The notes beneath the pieces were generated by a model, which saw only the letters and a program-made list of their open reading frames with translations, was not told where the DNA came from and made no database searches. DNA of 64,000 nt, taken from positions 9,858,001-9,922,000 of the forward strand of contig OZ059894.1 of the NCBI GenBank assembly GCA_964057225.1, given 5' to 3'. The translations under genes and the position numbers were made by a program. The DNA comes from Auanema rhodensis (lineage: Eukaryota; Animalia; Nematoda). Of the stretch, positions 14,601-24,691 are shown piece after piece (position 1 is the stretch's first letter; every line of letters starts with the position of its first letter).

Positions 14601-17594
14601 ATTTTCTTTGCGTTCCTGCTTCTTATGTCTCTTACCCTGTCCACCTCTCCTCTTCCTCCTCCTCCTCCTCCTTCTTCTCCTTCTTCTTCTTCTTCTTCCT
14701 CTTCGTATCCAACTTCCATCGTTATGTTGTCATTTCAATTTATTTGGTTAATTTTTCAGTATGGGAATGTTTTCTGGGATCAAAGTTAAATGGAATCATT
14801 TTGGAAAGAAATACAGCTTACGCATAAGTGACTACGAAATGGAATACACCGACATATTTGATGTGAGTAGCTTTTAAATTCAAAAAAAAAAGATTTTTTA
14901 TTCAATATTAAATATAATTTAATAATACAAATTGTATATTTCATTGTATTTGCAATTTCAAATCATAATTTGTTCATTTTGCGGAAAAAATGTGCCAACT
15001 TTCATGATCGAAGGTCTAATTGCCTTCAAATTAAACACTGAATAGTGCCGGTTAAGGACATCTGAATACGATAATTCTGGATCACTTTCGGCAGTTTAGG
15101 CTTCACAAGCTTCAACTACTTTGACCTTTAACATGAATGCTCATTTGATTAATGAATAGCCTGTAGAAGCATCATTAGCTGCATCCAATCTTTTCTGAAT
15201 TTCTCAAGTAAAAGAGATTTTTAGTGGAAAAATGATGGACAAGAAGGAGAAGAAGAAGGAGATTTCACTAGTTCTTAACTGAATTGTTAAATTATTTTTC
15301 TACTACTTGCAATGTTTTAAAAGGGCAATTAGGTCTTACAACGAATTATTTATGTTCAACCTAAATGATTTCACTAACCGGATATACAGATACTCATCCA
15401 TACCAAAGAACTGAAATCTTAAAACTTTCTTCATTTACTATATTCAAAAGAATTTTTAGTTGAAGACATATATACACAGACACATACATAGACCAGAAGC
15501 ATATACACAGGCAGAGAGAGGCAACTTTCAAACCAAGCTATTATCCAATGTTATAACTAACTTTGTCAGCAACAAGTCAAATTCATTGATTAAATTGACG
15601 ATGAAATGAAAAATATTAAATTGAAAGATCTTGTGTTTGGATATACTTGTGCCAAAGCTATATTTAGATAAGAAAGCATTTGTTTTGAGCATCAAACATC
15701 CCTCTCTCTCTCTCTTTAGAAGTATATGCATATGCACTCTCTCTCTCTCTCTCTCTCTTTCTCATTCTCGAGGTGCCAGGTTCTATTCTGACTAAGTGAA
15801 AATAAACGTTGTTCTTAATACACCTGCTCCATATCTAAAATTGTGTGAAAGACGTTTTCTGAATTCTTTTTTTACTTTTCAAATTTGAAAATACAACAAG
15901 ATCTGCGTGTATATCTCCGTGTTTTGTATATGTCTGGGTGTACCTTTCGGTCTACGAGATGCGAAAACAGATTTCTGTCCTTCCGAATTTAAGATTTTTT
16001 TCCAAAAAAAGATTCTTTATTTACGTTTTTCATCATCAGCTCGTTCACATGATGACTTCCCATTTTCAGGCTTTCATGAAAAAAGTACATGAAGTTCGTC
16101 CAGATTTTGAAGGAGCTCTCGCTTACATCGATCAATATGGAAGACAGGTTAGAAAATTTCAAAAATACATATGTTTACGTAATAACTTTATTTGATTTAA
16201 CTATTGTTGTTTAACACAACACATAGTATACATGTATTTGAAATGTCTTAACAAGCAAAATTCAAAATTTTATTTGAAATTCTTTCAGCAAATTATCAAC
16301 AACGATCGTGATCTACGAGATGCTTTGACTCAGACGAAAAATAAATTGAAATTGCACACAACATTGGCAGAGGGAGCTGTTATCTCAGCAGCTGAAATTG
16401 CAGGAAGACCTACCAGATCTCAATCTGTACCACCTGTAAGTTACAACTTTTCTACTTGTCCTACCTGACAATATACAAGAAAAACTCTTCCAAATGTTGA
16501 TTTTTCATCATTATCATGATGTTTTGCCTTATTTGCTTGCTTGCTTGTATCTATGAGCATTTGCCCTTGGGGAGCTATTAGTATAATCAGCTGATTTCCA
16601 ATTTACCACTCCACATCACATATTTTCATTACATTTTACGTAAGATTTTTGAATAAAATAACAAAATTCTATAATAAATAGATTGGAAATAAACAAATAT
16701 TATTAAAAATTTAATTCATATTTCCTTGTTTTTTTATTTTTTTTTCAAAAATATGGTAAAACATGCTGATGTCTATTGACATTCTCAAGAGATATTTTGA
16801 CTTCATCTTTAACGTAATAATTTTAAAAATAAAATTTATATATAAATTTATATTTTGAAAAATAAAAAAAAAAGAAAAAAAAATAAAAAAATTTATTTTT
16901 AATTAGTATTATCATTGAAAAAATAATTTTACTTATTTTAAAATTCATGGAAATACAGACATAAAATAAGAAATACTTACTGATTTTTGGAAAACAAAAA
17001 ATTTTTCTGGAAAACCATGGTGTATAGCGTATTTCTATAAATCATTTTTACTTCCTCTATTCATTTTATTTCTACTATATACATATGTATGTATTTATAT
17101 TTTATTTTTCAGGAGAGGGCTTATCACTCATATCCTTCTGGTAACTCACGCTCTCCATCCAGCATGGACTCAGCTCCAGCTGCTTATCGTAACCGAGCTG
17201 TTTCACCTCCACCAACTAGCAATCACCAGCCTGTACATGTACGTACAGCTACATCTACCTATTCGGGATATCCTTCACAGGTAACTAGATGAAGCACCAA
17301 GAACCATATATATGATGATATGAGCTTGTTTAGATGTCACCTGGAGCTCTATCATATGCTCCATATTCTCAGAATCTTCTCTATGGTATGCCACCACACA
17401 ATGGAATGCTTCTAAGGTAATACATCACATCACTTTCATCAAAATTTACTGTTTTTTCTTCATTTTTTAGGTTCTTGGCTAATCCATTCCCATTTGGAAG
17501 CTATCATCGAACATTTGTTGGCCCCAACAAATATCATCATTTCGGTGGCTGGGGTAGTAGATACTATTCCACTGGTTTTGGACCTATTTGGTAA
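4280..17594 (+). CDS. PB1-like domain protein with Ser/Pro-rich linker and Gly/aromatic C-terminus (spliced, ~270 aa)
   Basis: Exons 14760-14862, 16070-16147, 16289-16435, 17113-17280, 17334-17416, 17471-17594 join in frame at canonical sites: MGMFSGIKVKWNHFGKKYSLRISD...ALAYIDQYGRQQIINNDRDLRDAL...GFGPIW*. The basic N-terminal strand plus YxDxxGxxxxIxNDxDL resembles PB1. An upstream exon 4280-4389 (MMSPTPTWLHREK...SSDDG, donor GG|gtacgt) joins in phase to ttttcag|T at 14760; this join is inferred, and an ATG at 14761 is the alternative start. Confidence 0.75.
11548..11608. repeat. (GA)n microsatellite, representative of many
   Basis: Similar GA/TC tracts at ~7528-7569, 13545-13591, 27853-27902, 29453-29516, 57473-57509, 58815-58873; (CA)n at 12779-12803; (TA)n at 17689-17719 and 36907-36930. 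Confidence 0.95.
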
Positions 17595-17686
17595 ATTGAA
17601 AGCTCGAAAGAAATGAAAGAAGCTGCTGCTGCTATAAACCAAGTTCATTTGTAATTATTATCAGTTCATATTTCCCGCATATTATA

Positions 17687-17720
<34 letters not shown>

Positions 17721-18190
17721 CTAACTATATAAGTTTCTGTAATATATCTACTCCAACTTATTTTTTTTTCCTTTTTTTTGTTTCTTTTTTAATTAAAAAA
17801 ACACTACTAACCTCTTGAGCAACTCTATGAAAAAGAAACATTCAGTCATCATATGATGCAAATGTTATCCTTTAACATCTATCTTTATCTAAAGTTGTAT
17901 GTAAGCATCTATTCATTGAGCATATCATCTTATTTAGTGTTATTTTTATTTTTTTTTGTTCTGAAGTTTAATAAATTAACAACTTTTTCTTCATTTTTCT
18001 ACAAAAAATGTAATGTGAAATGCATGATAATATTACAAAAGTGGCATTTGATGACATCATTTGCATAAAACTGCACTTCTCACGTCAATCACGTGTATTT
18101 GCAAACATGTCATTTTTAATGAAATTTTTAAAGAGAACGGTTGAAGAATATAAAGTGTAAACAAAACTTTTAAATTTTTAGTAAAATAAT

Positions 18191-18263
18191 TGCCCCGAAC
18201 CAGGATCGAACTGGTGACCTTTAGATCTTCAGTCTAACGCTCTCCCAACTGAGCTATCGAGGC
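18191..18263 (-). tRNA. tRNA-Phe (GAA), copy 1
   Basis: Reverse complement GCCTCGATAGCTCAGTTGGGAGAGCGTTAGACTGAAGATCTAAAGGTCACCAGTTCGATCCTGGTTCGGGGCA: 73-nt cloverleaf, anticodon GAA, TTCGA T-loop, T4 tract downstream. Confidence 0.97.
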
Positions 18264-18448
18264 TTGTACCACAAAGGGACAATACTACTTGACAAACCAT
18301 AAAGCTTTTCAGTACATAATTCAAAAACATTTAATTCTTAAGCATACAGCTTAGTGGAGTAAGAAATAACCGTTTCCAAACTACAATTGATTTCTGATCG
18401 TCGACTCATCGAAAACAAAAAAAGAAAAAGTATTAAGAGCAAAACAGT

Positions 18449-18521
18449 TGCCCCGAACCAGGATCGAACTGGTGACCTTTAGATCTTCAGTCTAACGCTC
18501 TCCCAACTGAGCTATCGAGGC
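18449..18521 (-). tRNA. tRNA-Phe (GAA), copy 2
   Basis: Identical to copy 1, offset 258 bp. Confidence 0.97.
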
Positions 18522-18706
18522 TTGTACCACAAAGGGACAATACTACTTGACAAACCATAAAGCTTTTCAGTACATAATTCAAAAACATTTAATTCTTAAG
18601 CATACAGCTTAGTGGAGTAAGAAATAACCGTTTCCAAACTACAATTGATTTCTGATCGTCGACTCATCGAAAACAAAAAAAGAAAAAGTATTAAGAGCAA
18701 AACAGT

Positions 18707-18779
18707 TGCCCCGAACCAGGATCGAACTGGTGACCTTTAGATCTTCAGTCTAACGCTCTCCCAACTGAGCTATCGAGGC
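18707..18779 (-). tRNA. tRNA-Phe (GAA), copy 3
   Basis: Identical to copies 1 and 2, offset a further 258 bp. Confidence 0.97.
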
Positions 18780-19243
18780 ACTGAGTATAGTGGAGTTTTT
18801 TCATTCAATCTATTCTCTTTCAAATGTAATCTTAATCGGTTTCATAAGATAAGAGCAATCAAACATAGGAGATTATCAACTAATCATTTTCATATAATGC
18901 ATAAATCAAATGAAAATATTGAAAATAACGTGAAAATTGTTGAAAAAATGGATTAAACTATGAAAAAAATCAAATATGGAATAATGATTTTCCTGAAAAA
19001 TTGCATTAAATGGAAGTTTGAGTAAACATGTGTTCAAATTCTTTATCGGTTGGCGCCTTGAGTACTGATAGAGAGAGAGAGAGAAACAAGGTCGAAATGC
19101 TCTGAAATACGGTGACCACTTTACCCTAGATAACCATAAAAGTCAGTCATCTATGATATGTAGATTTCGTCTTTCTTTACTTATTTCAAAACAAATTTTT
19201 ATATTTGTTCTTTCTTCCGTATCTCAGCGTTCTCCTTCCTTTA

Positions 19244-19521
19244 GGCAATTTAGCCATATAGTTAAGGCGGATCCTCAACCTTCATCTCGACATCACAGTC
19301 AGGCTCTAATCAGCCCCTTGAACGTCTATCCTCACTGACCGGATAGAGGCCGTCGGATGACTTACGTCTAAGGCTATTCATCTTTCTGATATTCAGCAAG
19401 AGAAGATGTACCGTCATCTTGTTACAAATCAAGCGGTGTCATAATGTTTTTCCTCTTCCTGTGGCCACCGTCATCAGTCGCACTGGCCAGATGAATGAGG
19501 TCGTATGGCTCATTTGTCGCC
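19244..19521. ncRNA. Candidate structured non-coding element (unclassified)
   Basis: GC-richer island with end-to-end complementarity and several internal hairpins (see findings); no convincing ORF and no RNA family I can recognise. Confidence 0.4.
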
Positions 19522-19926
19522 AGAATCTAATTCAAAAAATCATATTCATTCATATCTATAGCCTATCCATCATCTAGCTATTCTCCAATTTATGTTTTTA
19601 TTTGATAACTTATGTAAAGAATTTATATTTTTCCTATTATTTCAATTATTTTTCAGAATTTCATGTTTCTTTCAATGTACAATCCTTCAAAATTAATATT
19701 TTCTTTTGAATTTAATGAAAATCAAGTTCGTTTCATCCCCAACAAACTAATAAAAAGAAAAAACCAATATGTACTGTTCAAGTCAATATCATGCAGATCT
19801 TACAATCATAATTCCAAACCAGTCGAAATCCATATCCGTTTTCTTTCTGAAAAATCGTAAATTTCTCCTTCAGAATCATACAAACCTTATCTTCTTAGAT
19901 TCAAACTATACAGAATTATTACCACA

Positions 19927-22900
19927 ATGCTACCATCTTCAATTGAGCTTTGGTTACTGTTTTTGTGTTTTCCGGCACTTTTTGCCATGATTTGTCCGCC
20001 GGAAACAGGCGCCGTCTTCTTTGTGGATCGACTTTCCGATAAAAATGATCATTGCTTCGAGAATTGTGCTCGAACTAATTGCACAGGTATTTTTTGTCAT
20101 TTAAGATCAGATATATGATGGAAAAACTTGAGAATAATAGAAATTAATTTGATTTGAAGGTGTCATTGTTTCATCTACAACATGTATGACCATCATAGCA
20201 GATAATTACTATGGAGCATTGAACGAAAAAGATTTTGTTCGAAAGCATTGCGTACAAGGTTCAATAGAAATCACAGTAATGTTGATAAATTCTGCAAATT
20301 CTTTAAGATATTTCGGATTTTTTGGTTATAAGCCAGAGAACTGATCGATTATTGCTTGATTATACAGTCAAAATTGAGCAAACTGTAGATCAATTTCATT
20401 GTTTATCTCTATGTTCTAAGGAAACTGTAGGTGTTTACATCATTTTTCATTGAAATCTCATTCAAAACTCTTCAATTTTTTCAATTTTCAGAGTTTCAAC
20501 TGCTTATCTGCTATGTTCTACAATGAAAGCCGTGACTGTCTTCTGAATTCTGCTAATAGTGATACCGTAGCTTTAACTCCAGATACTGAAGGCTTTTCTG
20601 TTTCATTGATGGAACGACGATTACCAAGTTCGTTTACAACATGTATAGCCACCAATAGTAAAAGGCTCAAAGGAATTTTTATATGAGAAATGATCAAAAA
20701 AAAGGAGAAAAAGACAAACAAGATGAGACCTATATAGGCAATCATAAGATCTGGGTCACATTGACTCTTGGCTTTTCATTCTCATTCTCTCTGTCTCATC
20801 TTCTTCCATAATCTCTGCCGCTTTTCTGATTTCTAGATCAATTTTGAAATTCATCTGATCACTCAAGCATGGCAATATTTGAGTAAACATCTTTCAGAAC
20901 CAAGCACTTGTAACTTGTCATTCAATTTGATGACATGGAATCAAAAAGTTCTCAGGGGTGATGCAAGACTATACAACATTAGCCATTTGCCGGAGGTATT
21001 GAACTTACTTTGAACTAGCCTTATTCAAAACAAATTTATGTTTTAGTGCTTAAAACAATGTAAAAACTGTGATTATGTGTTATTTCATGAAGCATACAAC
21101 GAGTGTTTTGTTATTAAACAAGATGAAAATGGGCAAATTCTCGATTTTATTGATGATGAATACCAAGTAATTGAAAATCTTTGTTCCGCTCTTATCCCAT
21201 GCTCATCCGAATCATCAATGTATGTGGCGAACTTGGGATTCACAAAGAGTGAACGTCAAATATGTCTTCAAAGGTTAATCTTGAATACAAATTTATTGGT
21301 TTCAAAGCGAAATATTCTTATTTATAGTTGTATGTCATCATTTTCCTGTAGTCATGCCTATATTCAACCAAACAGAACATGTCTCATACTACCTCAAGCA
21401 CTAGATAACCAACTTGCTACGGTAGAACGACAATGCTCTGGAGTTGAAAAAATGGAAGCAGGTCAAGGATTAATCAATAAAATACCAAATAACATCAAAA
21501 TATGAATTTAGATGAATCAGTAGAAGGCATATTATTTGAAGAACTTGATCGTTCCTGTCCATCAATTAAAGGCAGTCTACGAATCAAAGGAATTGGTTTA
21601 ACTCATTGTTTCAGCTTATGTTTAACACATCCAACCAAAAGGTTTCTTCTTTATATACATATAGTTATAATAATTAAGATTTATTATTTTAGTTGTCAAG
21701 CAATTTCATATTATCCTGAAAGTAATACATGCCATTTACTACGTAAATCATCACCAAAAAAATCCAAAACATTAGGAAAAAAGAAATGTCGTCATTTCAG
21801 TCTTAATATTATATCATTAAATTTTAATGATACAGATACAGGTTTATTTCGATATCTATTTTATTATATTATATTGTTAATATAATTATAGCACGTCGTT
21901 CAGAAGGATTTTCACTTGATGAGCCGAAAGTTCGTGCACATTCTTCGAAAACATTCAAGAAAACGGTGAGAAATTGGATAAAACCAGAAAATACATCAAA
22001 TACAACCGTTCTCTCTTATCATTACATGTTCAAAATGAAAATTCTGATTGAATCGATGCTATTGTTCACGGACGTGACGTGAAAATTCACAATATGCTAA
22101 TCATTGACGCAAAAAAAGAAGAAAATGAAAAGAGTTTATGATGATAAAGAAATATATTTTAGAAGAAATTGGATAAAATCAATGATTTGACAAAGAAGAA
22201 TATTGAAATTAAGACAATTTGTAAATACGATCAGATTATTATAAAGGTTTAATCAAGTTTATAAGAAGAAATATAATAATATTTATGGTTATTTAGCTTC
22301 AATCAGATTCTAATTTGGATGGCAACTTCTTCGCACGTAATGCTTTTGATACATGTTCCGTCTCATTGAATAACACCAGTACAGCTGAGCTTTCATTCAA
22401 TTTAACAAATCCAGATCAATGTGGTTTAACCAAGGTTAGTTTGTCTCAAAACTTTCATATAAACAGTCTAATCTGATTTAGAAGAATCATTTATACCAAG
22501 CGGTTGTTGTTATCAAGGAGAATCTTTCAGAAGAATCATCATTACCAATCATAACTGAAACAGATCGAATGTATGCTATAAGCTGTGATTATGGTAATGG
22601 AACTCAAACAACTTCCGCATCACGTCAATTATCTTTGAAGTACGTGTAAACAGTTCCTTTTCCGTTTATTTTTATATTTCAAAATATTTTAAGAAGCTCA
22701 AAGTATAATAACATGGAAATTTCCGGTAAAGTACCGTATCAATCAAAAATGACGATGGAATTACGAGCTAAGCGCGAACATTCGGTAAGTTTTAAAGATG
22801 TATCTAAACCTGAAACTTGAATATAGGATGCAAAAATGAAAACAGTAACACTTGGACAACAATTAGAATTAGTTTTCCATAAAGATGCTAATATAGCTGG

Positions 22901-23518
22901 TGATTATGTGGTATCGGAATGTATTGCCACAAGTATCATGTCAGATTCTGATAATTTGACCTTGATTGAAGACGGGTAATTCTTGGAAAAAACATTTGTT
23001 AAGAAAAGAAATTGATATTCAGATGCCCAACACGATCAACAAAAGAATATATAATACCTGGAGATATTCGTCGAAATAGCGATGGATTCACATTGCCTCT
23101 TCGTGCATTCAGATTCCAGAACGGTGATGCTGTTAGAATAGCCTGTTCTTTGAAATTATGTAAAACCAATTGTGAACAGGTGGCTTATCAGAGATCTTTT
23201 CTTAATTTTGTTTCTGTTGCGAAGCTTGCAAATCTATTTTCAGCCTACGTGTCGAGGAAGAACTCGACGAAATCTCTCATTAGGACATTCGGAAAATGTT
23301 GAAAAGGTTTTAGTAACTATGAGAGTTCAAGATGAACAAGCACTTGTTCAATCGAAAAAAGGCAAGTTCTATTATCTTTTAAAGAAGAAATTTCTCTTCT
23401 AATTTTAGATGAAGTTTGTACTTCAACCACACGATTTTACTCAATATTATCAGCATGCTCAATATTCTTAGCTATACAACTTGGAATAATTATTTATTTT
23501 TTAATAAGAAAATTATGA
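19927..23518 (+). CDS. PAN/Apple + zona pellucida (ZP) domain cuticle/apical-ECM protein (cuticlin-like, NOAH/LET-653 class)
   Basis: Signal peptide MLPSSIELWLLFLCFPALFA; Cys-rich PAN-like modules (FNCLSAMFYNESRDCLLNS, CFSLCLTH..CQAISYYPESNTCHL); ZP hallmarks (IITETDRMYAISCDY, AFRFQNGDAVRIACSLKLC); furin site RTRR; C-terminal TM helix ending IIYFLIRKL*, TGA 23516-23518. Confidence 0.88.
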
Positions 23519-23590
23519 AAAACTAAAATCTTTCTTGTATATTTCAATTCATTTTTTTGTTTTCTTTTTTTTCTTTTTTTTTTCAAAAGT

Positions 23591-24691
23591 TTATTCCTCA
23601 TCATCGAGTATAACTGGAGATGTTTTGCAAATGTATTTCTTCATTCGTCTTTCACAATTCACATCATTCCACCGCTGTTCAGTTGACTGATTCCAATTAC
23701 GAAGCTAAAACACATTATTTATAAGTTTTTATTCATTTATTATATTAATTATATTTATATTTTTAAAAATAAAAATAATAATTTACCTGAACACATCCCT
23801 CTGTTTGATTAAAGTTGTCTGGTTGGCTATCCCACCAAATCTCATAATCGAAAACGGTGCCATCAATCCATTTCAAACTGCAAACATACGTTGTTTTCTT
23901 TTAGAATATAGAGATGTTGAATGAAAAAAAGCTTTTGCATAAGAAGAAATGCAATTCTTACTTCGATCCATCTCTATATAAGCCAATCCAGGCATGTTCT
24001 TGCATACGGAATCGTTTTCCAGTGCCTGACAAATCTAAAACAAATGCTTTTTGTCAGATATTAGCAGATGATATACAACTGCATACAAGATATGAAATCA
24101 TTTTCTTCTAAGCTATGAATTGAAGTCAAATCAGCTCCTCGTAGAACACAATCTCGTTCAGCTTCATCAAACGTATAGCCAATTGATGTTCTCATAACCT
24201 TAAAACTTGCAACTTATCCATATCACAATGTTTTTGCCCTAAAAGCCTTACCCTATAGCATGAATTGGTTACATTGAAATACGTCCAGCCACATTGGCAT
24301 CCGAAATTTTCTGAAAATCTCATTAAAGTTGTTTAGAAAAATAAGAAAACGGCTTGACCAGCTTCAGAACAGGGCTGGCTGGCTTTGGCTACAGCACAAG
24401 CTCGATCACAATGCTTTGATAATTTGACTAGTTTAGCATAATGCTCATGAGTATCAATAGCCAAATCTAAAACAATTTCAACCAAATTAATTTAAAGAAA
24501 ATTATAAAAATAACTGACCAACCCTGAACTAAATAAATATATTTCATTTGAAAATAATTTTTTTCCGGTAAATCAGCTGATGATCGACAAAAGATTGTAT
24601 TGTCAGTTCTATTATAGACATAACAAGCCAAGTCCAAACTATTCACAACAATTGGAAAAAAACTAGAAAGGAGTAACATCCAGTTCACCAT
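23591..24691 (-). CDS. Secreted C-type lectin (clec family)
   Basis: Signal peptide MVNWMLLLSSFFPIVVNS; CTLD motifs across exons: CQCGWTYFNVTNSCY, AERDC..GADLTSIHSLEENDFI, AWIGLY, WIDGT, QPDN, RWNDVNC..KYICK; ends LDDEE*. Confidence 0.88.

Larger units (their letters stand above)
18190..18779. repeat. 258-bp tandem repeat (tRNA-Phe + spacer), ~2.3 units
   Basis: Spacers 18264-18448 and 18522-18706 read identical by eye. Confidence 0.95.

Noticed and set aside
18190-18779. Regularly spaced repeats resembling a CRISPR array
   Set aside because: The repeats are tRNA genes, the spacers are identical, the context is eukaryotic and there are no cas genes.
19300-19480. Hammerhead-like CTGATGA and RNase MRP-like GGGGCTGA on the minus strand; possible telomerase template
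   Set aside because: No GAAA core after a proper stem II, no GAAAGUCCCC partner (GGGGCT is used in a nested stem), and only a single TTAGGC unit.
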